Source: an uncultured Ignavibacteriaceae bacterium
GTDB lineage: Bacteria > Bacteroidota > Ignavibacteria > Ignavibacteriales > Ignavibacteriaceae
Reading direction: 5' to 3'
Length of the DNA stretch: 64,000 nt
Assembly: GCA_964499095.1 (NCBI GenBank)
Contig: CAZCJF010000004.1
Location: forward strand, 22,207 to 86,206
Made by a program: the position numbers and the translations under genes. The notes under the pieces are model-generated. The model had not been told where the DNA came from. It did not search any database and saw nothing but the letters and a program-made list of their open reading frames with translations. Each line of letters starts with the position of its first letter. Position 1 is the first letter of the stretch. Positions 20,780-30,981 of this stretch are shown piece by piece.

Positions 20780-20799
20780 CAGTTGTTGGGTATGTATAT

Positions 20800-22071
20800 A
20801 TGAAACAAATTTTAATTGCAGTTCTTTTATTCTCTAATCTCATCTTTTCTCAAATAAAATTTGAAGATTATTTTTTTAACAAAACACTCAGAATTGATTA
20901 TTTTCATACAGGAAATTCAAAAGAAGATTCCTATTCATTTGATGAGCTTATTGAAGAACCATTTTGGGGCGGATCAAAAGTAAATCTTTTGGATCAGTTT
21001 GATTATGGCAAGTACAAATTTGTTGTGAGAGATAAAGAATCATCCAAAGAAATTTATTCTCGGACTTATTCAACGTTATTTGGTGAATGGCAGACTACTG
21101 AAGAAGCAAAACTAACAGATAAAACTTTTAGCGAAACAGTTACTTTTCCTTATCCAAAAAATCCGGTTGTTGTTGAGTTTTATTCACGAGACAGAAAAAA
21201 CATCCTGCACAAAAAATTTGAATACATTGTTGATCGGGAAAATTATTTTATTAAAAAAGAAAGAATAGCTGAGTTCCCAAATTTCAGGGTTCATTATAGC
21301 GGTGATGCATCAGCCAAAGTAGATATTGTGATAATTCCAGATGGATATACAAAAGAAGAAATGCAAAAGTTTAAAGAGGATTGTGAAAAATTTTCGAACT
21401 ACTTATTTGATACAAGTCCATACAAACAGAACATCGACAGATTTAATATCTGGGGTGTTGAAGCACCATCAAAAGAATCCGGGACAGATATTCCTGCAGA
21501 TCATATCTGGAAAAACACAATTGCAAATTCCACTTTCTACACTTTTGATTTGGAAAGATATCTAATGGTAATCGATAACAAAAATTTGCGTAACCTTGCC
21601 TCCAATGCGCCTTACGATCAGATATTTGTTTTGGTTAATACAAAAAAATATGGTGGAGGAGCAATTTATAATCATTACTCAGTGTGCAGCAGCGATAATC
21701 AGCATAGCAATTATGTTTTTACTCATGAATTTGGTCACGGTTTTGCCGGATTAGCAGATGAGTACTATACATCTGACGTTGCTTATGAAGAATTTTATCC
21801 GCTTGATGTTGAACCTCTTGAACCAAACGTTACAACACTGGTGAACTTCGACCAAAAATGGAAAGATCTGATCGAAGAAAACATACCAATTCCAACTCCT
21901 GCAACAGGAGTTTATAAAGACAAAGTTGGAGTTTATGAAGGCGGAGGCTATGTAGCAAAAGGTGTTTACAGACCAATGCAGGATTGTTCAATGAAATCAG
22001 TTTCATTTGATAATTTTTGTCCTGTATGCAAAAGAGCCATTCAAAGTATGATAGATTTTTATTCAAAATAA
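20800..22071 (+). CDS. Secreted M64-family (IgA-peptidase-like) zinc metallopeptidase
   Basis: Signal-like N-terminus MKQILIAVLLFSNLIFSQ. HEFGHGFAGLADEY zinc motif in a ~420 aa protein with a C-terminal CPVC. Confidence 0.75.
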   Translation: MKQILIAVLLFSNLIFSQIKFEDYFFNKTLRIDYFHTGNSKEDSYSFDELIEEPFWGGSKVNLLDQFDYGKYKFVVRDKESSKEIYSRTYSTLFGEWQTTEEAKLTDKTFSETVTFPYPKNPVVVEFYSRDRKNILHKKFEYIVDRENYFIKKERIAEFPNFRVHYSGDASAKVDIVIIPDGYTKEEMQKFKEDCEKFSNYLFDTSPYKQNIDRFNIWGVEAPSKESGTDIPADHIWKNTIANSTFYTFDLERYLMVIDNKNLRNLASNAPYDQIFVLVNTKKYGGGAIYNHYSVCSSDNQHSNYVFTHEFGHGFAGLADEYYTSDVAYEEFYPLDVEPLEPNVTTLVNFDQKWKDLIEENIPIPTPATGVYKDKVGVYEGGGYVAKGVYRPMQDCSMKSVSFDNFCPVCKRAIQSMIDFYSK

Positions 22072-22086
22072 TTTTTAAGGTAAGAA

Positions 22087-23319
22087 TTGGATCAAAGAAA
22101 ATTACACAAAACAGTTGAAACGATAGCGTCTCAAAAGTTTGCTTCCGAAAAGGAAATGCTTGTAACCGTTTTGAATGAAATGGTGGGCGATAAAACAATG
22201 GATATAACCGGAGGCAGATTATGGAAACTAGACCCTGAAATTTCCGGTTACAGAATTTTTTATCAGACAGGTAAGATTGATAAGATATCAAAAGACTTTG
22301 TTATAAAACTTGAAGAATACCCGGTATTTGAAAAATTAGCTGCAGCAAGAACTATACTTGGACACGAAACAAATGAAGAGCTAAGAAAAAAAGGTATCTT
22401 TAAATACTCTGCTTCTGGTGTTGGATATAAAATTAAAATTGGCAACAAACCTTATTATGAGTATGTGCTGGCTTTGAATAGCAGTCATATTGATGAAGAA
22501 TTGAGACTTAAATTAAATATTATTGCTACAGCTTTAACATCTCAAATAAGGCAAAGAAGACTTTCACAAAGTGCCAATCACTTAAAAGCTGATATTGATA
22601 AAGCACGGGAACTTCAAAAAAGTATATTGCCGGAACACGAGTATAAATTTCATCATTTTGATATTTATGGTATTACGGTGCCCGCAGAAATAGTCGGAGG
22701 TGATTATTTTGATTACCTTGAAATTGGTGATGACAGAGAAAGGATGGGAGTTGCACTTGGTGATGCTGCAAGTAAAGGTGTATCAGCCGCTGCTGAGGCA
22801 ATGTATATTTCAGGTGCATTAAGAATGGCAAGTAATTTTGAAATCAAAATTTCTCCATTGATGAAAAGAATGAATCAGCTTGTTAATAAAATTTTTGAGG
22901 ATGATAAATTTTCATCTATGTTTTATGGAGAACTCTCAACAGACAAAAAGGGACTTTTCCTTTATGCTAATGCTGGTCATAATCCACCAATATTTTACAG
23001 CTCAGCTAAAAATAAAATTGAATATCTGCATCCTACAGGGCCGGTGTTAGGTCCATCTCCGGAATCAACTTATTACATTGAAAGCATAAATATCCAGCTT
23101 AATGATATACTTGTCATCTATTCCGATGGAGTTGTTGAAGCATCAAATAACAAAGAAGTTTTTTATGGAGAAAATCGCTTGATACATGTGATTAAGAAAC
23201 TAAAAGACAGAATGCCCAGAGAAATTGTTTATGGAATACTGGATGATGTAATAAAATTTGCTAAAAAAGGTATTTATCAGGATGATAAAACTTTAGTAGT
23301 AATTAAAAGAACCTCCTAA
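22087..23319 (+). CDS. GAF-like + PP2C (SpoIIE-type) phosphatase
   Basis: TTG start as listed; an internal ATG at 22156 is possible. PP2C motifs VGGDYFD, GDAASKG, YSDGVVEA, QDDKTLVVIKR. Confidence 0.8.
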   Translation: MDQRKLHKTVETIASQKFASEKEMLVTVLNEMVGDKTMDITGGRLWKLDPEISGYRIFYQTGKIDKISKDFVIKLEEYPVFEKLAAARTILGHETNEELRKKGIFKYSASGVGYKIKIGNKPYYEYVLALNSSHIDEELRLKLNIIATALTSQIRQRRLSQSANHLKADIDKARELQKSILPEHEYKFHHFDIYGITVPAEIVGGDYFDYLEIGDDRERMGVALGDAASKGVSAAAEAMYISGALRMASNFEIKISPLMKRMNQLVNKIFEDDKFSSMFYGELSTDKKGLFLYANAGHNPPIFYSSAKNKIEYLHPTGPVLGPSPESTYYIESINIQLNDILVIYSDGVVEASNNKEVFYGENRLIHVIKKLKDRMPREIVYGILDDVIKFAKKGIYQDDKTLVVIKRTS

Positions 23320-23351
23320 AAATTTTTAGGGGAAAAATTAAAGGTAAAACT

Positions 23352-24716
23352 ATGCTTACTTCAGTTAATCCTGCCACCAACGAAGTTGTAAATACTTATC
23401 CTGAAATGTCTGCCGCTCAGATTAAATCTATCATAGGAGAGGTAAATGATGAATTTAACCGATGGAAAGAAACATCGTTTGAGACAAGATCTCAATTGAT
23501 GTATAATGCCGCAAAAACTCTGAGAAAAAATGTCAAGCAATATTCTGAGTTAATGACAATTGAAATGGGTAAGCCAATTGCACAGGCAAGAGCAGAAGTT
23601 GAAAAGTGTGCCTGGGTTTGTGAGTATTATGCAGAGAATGCAAAAAAATTTTTATCAGATGAAATAATTAAAACCGAGGCAACAAAAAGTTTTGTCACTT
23701 ATCAGCCAATCGGAATTGTGCTGGCTGTTATGCCATGGAATTTCCCATTCTGGCAGGTATTCCGTTTTGCAGCACCAAATTTAATGGCTGGCAATACAGG
23801 GATTCTTAAACACGCATCAAATGTTTCAGGCTGTGCATTGGCAATTGAAAATGTATTTAAAGAGGCTGGATTTCCGGATAATGCTTTCAGGAGTATTTTG
23901 GTTTCTTCAAAAAATGTTAATGAAGTTATATCAAATGCCCATATAAAAGCTGTTACATTGACAGGCAGTGTTCCTGCAGGAAAAGCAGTAGCAGCATTAG
24001 CTGGCAGCTTAATTAAAAAAACTGTTTTGGAACTTGGCGGAAGTGATCCTTATGTGATTTGTGAGGATGCAGATCTCGAACTTGCTGCAAAGTCCTGCGT
24101 TAATTCCCGATTGATAAATGCGGGACAAAGCTGCATTGCAGCAAAAAGATTTATTGTTGTGGAAAAAGTTTGTGATCAGTTTGAAAAACTTTTTGTTGAA
24201 TTTATGTCCTCAAAAAAAATGGGAGACCCTTTTGTTGAGACAAATGATTTGGGTCCGCAGGCAAGCAAAATTTTAAGAGATGAATTACATCAACAAGTTG
24301 TTAGAAGTGTAGAAGCTGGTGCAAAAATTTTATTGGGTGGATACATTCCGGAACAGAAAGGAGCTTATTATCCACCGACTATATTAGGTAATGTTAAACC
24401 AGGTATGCCCGCATTTGATGAGGAAATGTTTGGACCAGTAGCGGCTATCATAAAAGCAAAAGATGAAGATGATGCAATAGAGCTTGCAAACAAAAGTATT
24501 TTTGGATTAGGCGCTGCGGTATTTACAAGAGACTTTGCCAAAGGAGAATTAATTGCAAAATCAAAACTTAATGCCGGCTGCTGTTTTGTTAATGATTTTG
24601 TTAAATCTGACCCACGATTACCCTTTGGAGGAATTAAAGAATCAGGTTATGGAAGGGAACTATCGCCCTTTGGAATAAAGGAGTTTGTAAATATTAAAAC
24701 CGTTTACGTTAAATGA
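23352..24716 (+). CDS. NAD(P)-dependent aldehyde dehydrogenase, succinate-semialdehyde dehydrogenase-like
   Basis: 454 aa. PWNFPFWQ, catalytic Glu in ELGGSDP, catalytic Cys in NAGQSCIAAKR, and C-terminal ESGYGRE. Confidence 0.85.
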   Translation: MLTSVNPATNEVVNTYPEMSAAQIKSIIGEVNDEFNRWKETSFETRSQLMYNAAKTLRKNVKQYSELMTIEMGKPIAQARAEVEKCAWVCEYYAENAKKFLSDEIIKTEATKSFVTYQPIGIVLAVMPWNFPFWQVFRFAAPNLMAGNTGILKHASNVSGCALAIENVFKEAGFPDNAFRSILVSSKNVNEVISNAHIKAVTLTGSVPAGKAVAALAGSLIKKTVLELGGSDPYVICEDADLELAAKSCVNSRLINAGQSCIAAKRFIVVEKVCDQFEKLFVEFMSSKKMGDPFVETNDLGPQASKILRDELHQQVVRSVEAGAKILLGGYIPEQKGAYYPPTILGNVKPGMPAFDEEMFGPVAAIIKAKDEDDAIELANKSIFGLGAAVFTRDFAKGELIAKSKLNAGCCFVNDFVKSDPRLPFGGIKESGYGRELSPFGIKEFVNIKTVYVK

Positions 24717-25175
24717 TTATAAAATACTTTTGACAATTCTTGTTATACCATCCAGTCTTTCTGAGTCATCATAACTTGCAATTACTGTTAATTGTACGCT
24801 TATTTTTTCGCCGTTGATTTTATAAAACTGTGACCATCTGGACTGAATCACTTTCTTTTCGTTTAGCTCCTCTAATAGAATTTTTGTTTCATTTTCGTGT
24901 AAGTTCATTGGCGTTATTGATCTGATGGTCATTCTTCTTAAATCAAATAAAGTGTAACCCAGCAAATTGATGAATTGTTTGTTTACATCAATAATCTTTC
25001 CATCAACATCAGTTAATATCATTGGTTCTGATATTTGGGGAGAAATACTTTTTAGCTGATTTATTATTTTTTTAAGTCGGATTTTCTCCTGTTCAAGCTC
25101 GTAAACTTTTTCCTTCATATTTGCGAGCTCAGATATTAATTCCCGGTCAGTAAGAGAGATGTTATTTAAATACAT
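24717..25175 (-). CDS. Small coiled-coil + single PAS domain protein
   Basis: 152 aa. N-terminal heptad-like region (KEKVYELEQEKIRLKKIINQLKS), then a PAS-like fold (ILTDVDGKIIDVNKQFINLLGY). Confidence 0.65.
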   Translation of the reverse strand: MYLNNISLTDRELISELANMKEKVYELEQEKIRLKKIINQLKSISPQISEPMILTDVDGKIIDVNKQFINLLGYTLFDLRRMTIRSITPMNLHENETKILLEELNEKKVIQSRWSQFYKINGEKISVQLTVIASYDDSERLDGITRIVKSIL

Positions 25176-25251
25176 TTTGCTCCATTCCCAATTTATTTAA
25201 AGTAATTTTTGTTAATCTCCTCCTTAAAAAAAAGAAATGCATGGGATAAAG

Positions 25252-25275
25252 TAAATAGTCAAAATTGACTATTTA
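25252..25275. promoter_or_regulatory. Perfect 11-bp-arm palindrome (candidate operator or weak hairpin)
   Basis: taaatagtcaa-aa-ttgactattta, located between the kinase stop (25307) and the PAS gene start (25175). Contains TTGACT in both orientations. Confidence 0.35.
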
Positions 25276-25306
25276 AATACTAAACGCGAATCGGAAAAAT
25301 TTGCAT

Positions 25307-28300
25307 CTAATTAAGCAGTTTAACTAATAAATCTGTGATATCTTTTTTGTTAAACGGTTTTGATATATAATTAGTACAGCCGGATCTTAAAAATTCGTCT
25401 TTTTCTCCTGCCATTGCAAAAGCTGTAACGGCAATAATCGGAGTTTTTTCATAACCATTTATTTGTTTAATTAATTTGGCTGTTTCAATACCATTTAATC
25501 CCAGTCCAAGATTTATGTCCATCAAAATAACTTTGAAGTTTTTTTGTTTTGCCAACTCGATAGCTTTTTCACCGGTTTCAGCAAAAGTTACTTTGCAAAT
25601 GTTCTTTAAAAATCTGGAAGTAATATCTCTGCTTACTTCATCATTTTCAACCATCAAAATTTCCGGTAAAAATGTTAGCTCAAATTTTTGTTCGGCTACT
25701 TTATGTGATTTTTCACTGATGCCAGAGGATAATCCGGGATTTGGGATTTGCTCAAATTCAATTTTAAATACAGAACCGACATTTAATTGGCTTGAGACTG
25801 AAATTTTTCCTGACATCATTTCAACAAATCTTTTTGTAATTGTTAAACCAAGTCCGGTGCCTTCAAAATGTCTGTTAAGTCCTTCACTAACCTGCCGGAA
25901 CTCCTCAAAAATTTGAGTTAAAAATTCCGGCTTAATTCCTATACCCGTATCTATTACCTTAATAACAGCTTTATTTTTGTTATTATCTTTTTCACTGCTC
26001 ACCTCAATAGTAACAGATCCTTTTAGAGTATATTTAATTGCATTGCCAATCAGATTGTTTAATATCTGCGATAGGATTTGATCATCCAGATTAGCCCAAA
26101 TATTCTGCTCTTTTGTATCAAAGCTGATTGACAAACCTTTATCTGCAGCAAGTTTTTCAAAAAGTTTTATGTGATCTTTAACGAAAACTGAAAGATTAAC
26201 CGGAGCAAACTTTAACTGCATTTTGTTTGCTTCAATTCTTGATAAATCCAGAACTGAATTCAGCGTTTCCATTAATCTCTTACCGCTTGTTAGAATTAAT
26301 TCAGCCATATCAGAAATTTCAGGTTGCTGAACTTCATCACGAATTATTTCAGCGAAGCCCAATATGCCAACCAAAGGAGTTCTTAGTTCGTGACTGATAT
26401 TTGTAAAAAAGTTAGACTTAAGTCTTGATGCTTCTTCAGCTTTCTCTTTTGCTGATTTTAATTCTTCTTCATACTTAAGTCTTTCGGTTATATCAGTATT
26501 TACGCCAGCCATCGCAATAGGTCTGCCGCTATCATCAGTGATTAAAGAAGTTGAAAGATGAGTTGGAAATTCTTCTCCATCTTTTTTTGTGTTAATTAAT
26601 TCTCCCGACCATCCGCCTGCTAAAGTTTCGGGTAAAATTCTTCTAACAATTTCAGGATCATTTTTGGGGGATCGAACAATTGAAATATGTTTACCAATTA
26701 ATTCTTCCGGTGAATATCCATAAACTCTGCAGAAAGATTTATTAACAAATGTAATTCTATCCCGCAAATCAGTGATACAAACACATTCAGATACACTTTT
26801 TAGTGCGTGTGCCAGAATTTTAATTTTTTCTTCAGCCATTTTGCTTTCGGTAATATCCGTTACAAAACCTTCCAGACGTAATAATTTTCCGTCATTATCC
26901 CAAACGCCTCTTCCTTTTTCCCAAACCCACTTTTCGGTTCCATCAGCCGTAACGATACGATAATGCAGAGTGAAAGCTTCCTTTTTGTTAAGTGCTGTTT
27001 GCACATCTTCATAAACTTTCAGTCTGTCGTCTTTATGAATTACTTCAGAATAGCTAATTACTTTATCGTTTGTTAATTCTTCAGCTTTATATCCTGTAAG
27101 ATCAAAGCATCCTTCGCTCACAAATTCCATCGTCCAGTTGATATTATTATCACATCTGTATGCCATTCCGGGCAGATTACTCATCAGTGTTGATAGTTCT
27201 CTTCTCTGTTCAGTAATTATGGACAAAGCTCTTTTTCTTTCAGTAATATCCCGTACAATCGCCTGCAAATAAATTTCATTATGGAATTCAATTTTTTTCA
27301 GGTTGACTTCCACATCAAATAATTGACCGTTAAGTTTTTTATGCTGCCATTCAAAAAATTGGGTCTTCCCTTGCAAACAAGCTTTTATTTTCTCAATTGC
27401 GCTTTGGTTTGATTTAGATCCATCCGGCTGATACTCTGGAGAAAAATCAACGGGAGTTTTTCCAATTATCTGAACTTTGGAACATCCAAATAATTCAAGT
27501 GTCTTTTGATTGCAATCAATAAAAATGTCATCTTTCATTAAAAATATTGCATCGTTGGCAGATTCAAAAAGTGTTTTATACTTAAGTTCACTTTCAGTTA
27601 ATGCACTTAGTGCTTTATATTTTTCTGTGATATTAGTAAAGAAAACTGCGACTGTATTTTCAGTCAGTTTCATTGCTGAAAATTCGTAGTATCCTGTAAA
27701 ATGTTCATCTTCATATTTCATAGTTTGATTTAGAAGAGGATGACCACTTTTGATTACTGCTTTGAATTTATTTGGTAAGTCCTGAAGTACTAATCCGGGA
27801 AATATTTCATCAATTTTTTTTGAGATGAGCGAGTACAAATCAATTTGCAGAATTTTTACTGCCGATTGATTTGTACTTATCAGAATAAGTTCCTCGTTCT
27901 CATCAAGTCGGTAAACCAAAACTCCAAGTGGAGAAGCGTCAAGCATATTTTGCAGACTTTGAGCAAGCTTTTTAGCCTCAGCCTCTGCATTTTTCTGATA
28001 GGTAATATTATCACAAACAAAAAATATCTGAGTTGTATAAGCCGGTAAAGTTGAAGTATAAATTGTTTCTCGCACCCAAAACTCACTCCCATCTTTCCGC
28101 AGCATTTTCATTTCGTGGGAAGACTGTATTCCGGGGTTATCAAGTACATATTTAATTTGTTTTTCCAGTCTTTCCGATTCTGAAGCCTTGAACAGATTTG
28201 ATATGTCAGAACTTATTAACTCACTTATTTCGTAACCCAGTTCCTTTGCACCCTTGGAATTCATTGAAATTATTTTTTTGTGTAAGTCTATCGTAATTAA

Positions 28301-28777
28301 TATCAGAGGATGATTATCATATAAAACCCGATATTTATTTTCGCTTTCAGCCAAAGCCTGCTCTGATAATTTTCTTTTTGTGATATCCTTACATAACTGA
28401 AGAATAACATCTTCCGATTTATAAGTTATTATCGAGTTATTAACATCCATAAAAATTTCTTTGCCATCGGAAGTTAAACGCACACATTCATAATTATTCT
28501 TTTCTTTTGTTAAAAGGGATTTGTTTATGTGAGGTCTTTCCAGATCAATAAATTTAGAAATCTTCTTTAGTGGTATACCGATAAAATCTTTTTTCTCATA
28601 TCCAAACAACTCCATTGCACTATTGTTTGCTTCCAGAATTATTTCATCCAATGGATCAATAATCAGAATTGCATCGTGAGCAGAGTCAAATAAATCTTTG
28701 TAATTAACTTTTGAAGAAAAGTATTTTATCTTATTGAAGCCGCTAAGTTTTATTTTATTATTGTTTTGTTTTTTCAT
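25307..28777 (-). CDS. Multi-PAS hybrid sensor histidine kinase (PAS repeats, HisKA, HATPase, receiver)
   Basis: 1156 aa. At least five PAS/PAC-like repeats (recurring ...DITERK... ends), H-box [10 protein letters not shown] boxes ([22 protein letters not shown]), and a C-terminal receiver (ILMDINLG). Confidence 0.88.
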   Translation of the reverse strand: MKKQNNNKIKLSGFNKIKYFSSKVNYKDLFDSAHDAILIIDPLDEIILEANNSAMELFGYEKKDFIGIPLKKISKFIDLERPHINKSLLTKEKNNYECVRLTSDGKEIFMDVNNSIITYKSEDVILQLCKDITKRKLSEQALAESENKYRVLYDNHPLILITIDLHKKIISMNSKGAKELGYEISELISSDISNLFKASESERLEKQIKYVLDNPGIQSSHEMKMLRKDGSEFWVRETIYTSTLPAYTTQIFFVCDNITYQKNAEAEAKKLAQSLQNMLDASPLGVLVYRLDENEELILISTNQSAVKILQIDLYSLISKKIDEIFPGLVLQDLPNKFKAVIKSGHPLLNQTMKYEDEHFTGYYEFSAMKLTENTVAVFFTNITEKYKALSALTESELKYKTLFESANDAIFLMKDDIFIDCNQKTLELFGCSKVQIIGKTPVDFSPEYQPDGSKSNQSAIEKIKACLQGKTQFFEWQHKKLNGQLFDVEVNLKKIEFHNEIYLQAIVRDITERKRALSIITEQRRELSTLMSNLPGMAYRCDNNINWTMEFVSEGCFDLTGYKAEELTNDKVISYSEVIHKDDRLKVYEDVQTALNKKEAFTLHYRIVTADGTEKWVWEKGRGVWDNDGKLLRLEGFVTDITESKMAEEKIKILAHALKSVSECVCITDLRDRITFVNKSFCRVYGYSPEELIGKHISIVRSPKNDPEIVRRILPETLAGGWSGELINTKKDGEEFPTHLSTSLITDDSGRPIAMAGVNTDITERLKYEEELKSAKEKAEEASRLKSNFFTNISHELRTPLVGILGFAEIIRDEVQQPEISDMAELILTSGKRLMETLNSVLDLSRIEANKMQLKFAPVNLSVFVKDHIKLFEKLAADKGLSISFDTKEQNIWANLDDQILSQILNNLIGNAIKYTLKGSVTIEVSSEKDNNKNKAVIKVIDTGIGIKPEFLTQIFEEFRQVSEGLNRHFEGTGLGLTITKRFVEMMSGKISVSSQLNVGSVFKIEFEQIPNPGLSSGISEKSHKVAEQKFELTFLPEILMVENDEVSRDITSRFLKNICKVTFAETGEKAIELAKQKNFKVILMDINLGLGLNGIETAKLIKQINGYEKTPIIAVTAFAMAGEKDEFLRSGCTNYISKPFNKKDITDLLVKLLN

Positions 28778-28914
28778 TTATTTCAATCTGGTAAATAATG
28801 TCAGCAAAAAAATAACGATTAAAAGCTAAATAAAGTAGAATTTAATCAGAATATTTATTACTAATTCAATACTAATTAAAAATTTTTTTAGCCATACGTT
28901 AAAACTGTTAAAAG

Positions 28915-30234
28915 ATGGAAACCAAAATAGATTCACTGCTCATCATTGACAGATATTTCCCAAAACCTGAACCACTGCTGGAATCCGGAGATTTGCTTAT
29001 TGTTCTTCAAGGATTAGCTGCAGTTATCTTTATTGGATTATTAATCGGATTGGAAAGAGAATATTCCCGTGCTAAAGACGCTAAAATATTTGCTGGCATC
29101 AGAACATTTCCATTAATCGGAATACTCGGTTTTACATCAGCATTAATCGCTTCAATTACGGGTACCTGGATCTACATAGCAATATTCATTGGATTCAGCG
29201 GTTTATCTATTGCTGCATATCTAACGGCTGCTAAAGAAGGCAGATTGGGGGGCACATCAGAAATTTCTGGTATGCTTGTTTTTATTTTAGGCTCGTTAGT
29301 CTATTGGGGATATTTTTTACTGCCTGCAGTTATTGCAATAATTATTGCTTCTTTTTTATCACTTAAACTTCAGCTGCATTCATTTGTTGGAAAGATTAGC
29401 GCTGCAGATATCTACGCCACATTAAAATTTGCTATAATCACACTGATAATTCTACCTCTGCTTCCAGATAAAACTTTTGGTCCTCTCAATGTAGTAAATC
29501 CCAGATTGGTATGGTACATAGTAATACTTGTAAGTGGATTAAGTTTTATTGGTTACGTTTTGATGAAACTTTTTGGAAAAGACAGGGGAATAGTTCTTAC
29601 CGGATTACTGGGTGGAATGGTTTCAAGCACGGCGGTTGCATATTCTATGGCAAAAAAAAGCAGACAGGAATTAACATTATCTTCAAACTATGCCACAGGA
29701 GTAATCTTAGCCTCATCAGTAATGTTTGTTCGTGTTTTAATAATTGTTGCAATTGTAAATCAAAATTTACTAGGCAGTATTTGGCTACCTCTGATAATTT
29801 TTGCTTTGGCAGGATTTATTATCACAACGTTTTTCTTTAGAAAAATGCAGAGTGAAATCTTTACTGAAGAAATTCTGAAAAACCCATTTGAACTTAAATC
29901 GGCATTTTTATTCGGAGCTGTTTTTGCGCTGATAATTTTCATTACCAAAGCCGCTCAGGTTTATTTGGGTGATAGCGGAATTTACGCTGCAAGTGCTTTA
30001 GCAGGATTAACAAGTGTGGATGCAATTGTTGTTTCAATTTCTAATTTAGTCTCAGAAGTAATTCCTGTTTCTGTTGCAGTTAAAGCAATTATAATCTCAC
30101 TTATTACAAACACTTTTGTAAAAATGATTATTACCGTTATCTGGGGCTCCGATGAAATAAAAAGGATTGTAACTAAAGCGTTAGGTCTTTTACTTATTAT
30201 TCCGGTGCTGTTTTTAATATATCTTTATCTCTGA
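28915..30234 (+). CDS. MgtC/SapB-family N-terminal domain fused to a DUF4010-like polytopic membrane domain
   Basis: 439 aa, ~12 TM helices. GLLIGLEREY near the N-terminus is typical of MgtC-like proteins. Family assignment is from memory. Confidence 0.6.
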   Translation: METKIDSLLIIDRYFPKPEPLLESGDLLIVLQGLAAVIFIGLLIGLEREYSRAKDAKIFAGIRTFPLIGILGFTSALIASITGTWIYIAIFIGFSGLSIAAYLTAAKEGRLGGTSEISGMLVFILGSLVYWGYFLLPAVIAIIIASFLSLKLQLHSFVGKISAADIYATLKFAIITLIILPLLPDKTFGPLNVVNPRLVWYIVILVSGLSFIGYVLMKLFGKDRGIVLTGLLGGMVSSTAVAYSMAKKSRQELTLSSNYATGVILASSVMFVRVLIIVAIVNQNLLGSIWLPLIIFALAGFIITTFFFRKMQSEIFTEEILKNPFELKSAFLFGAVFALIIFITKAAQVYLGDSGIYAASALAGLTSVDAIVVSISNLVSEVIPVSVAVKAIIISLITNTFVKMIITVIWGSDEIKRIVTKALGLLLIIPVLFLIYLYL

Positions 30235-30251
30235 ATTATATTTATACAGAC

Positions 30252-30980
30252 TTGAAAAATTACAAACTCACAATTCAATACGACGGAACGAATTATTCTG
30301 GCTGGCAGATTCAGCAGAATGCTGTTACAATTCAGCAAAAGATAACCGATGCAATAAAAATTTTACTAAAACAGGATGTTAATCTGATCGGCTCAGGCAG
30401 AACAGATTCCGGCGTACACGCAATAGGGCAGGTGGCTAACTTCAGATGCGATGCAGAAATTGATATTTACAAATTTCATTATTCATTGAATTCAATTCTT
30501 CCTACGGATATCTCAATTTCAAAAATTGTTGAGGTCAATGCTGAATTTCACGCGAGGTTTGATGCAAAAAAAAGAACTTACATTTATTTAATAAGTCAGA
30601 ATAAGTCTCCATTCTACAGGAATTATTCTTATTTTTATCCTGTTAAAATCGATTTGGATAAGTTAAATCAAATGAGCAAGTTCTTTATTGGTGAAAAAGA
30701 TTTTACTTCGTTTTCTAAAAAGAATTTTGAGATTGATAATAAACAGTGCACTATATATGACTTGCGATGGCGAAAGCAAAACGATTTAATTGTTTTTAGG
30801 ATTTCAGCAAACAGATTTTTACACGGCATGGTGCGTTCTATTACCGGAACTTTAATTAAATCTTTGGATCAGGAAAATCCCCTGGAGTTTATAGAAAATA
30901 TATTTAAATCAAAAAACCGCGAAGAGGCTTCAGAATCAGTCCCTTCTAAAGGTTTGTTTCTTTTTAATGTGGAGTATTAA
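30252..30980 (+). CDS. truA: tRNA pseudouridine(38-40) synthase TruA
   Basis: TTG start; no in-frame ATG nearby. YKLTIQYDGTNYSGWQ, catalytic GSGRTDSGVHA, and RFLHGMVR. Confidence 0.9.
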   Translation: MKNYKLTIQYDGTNYSGWQIQQNAVTIQQKITDAIKILLKQDVNLIGSGRTDSGVHAIGQVANFRCDAEIDIYKFHYSLNSILPTDISISKIVEVNAEFHARFDAKKRTYIYLISQNKSPFYRNYSYFYPVKIDLDKLNQMSKFFIGEKDFTSFSKKNFEIDNKQCTIYDLRWRKQNDLIVFRISANRFLHGMVRSITGTLIKSLDQENPLEFIENIFKSKNREEASESVPSKGLFLFNVEY

Positions 30981-30981
30981 A

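Noticed and set aside
23315-23330. Palindrome cctaaaaatttttagg overlapping the third PP2C stop codon, considered as a terminator.
   Set aside because: The stem is almost purely A-T and no T-run follows. The next gene starts 21 nt after the palindrome ends, so read-through is more likely.
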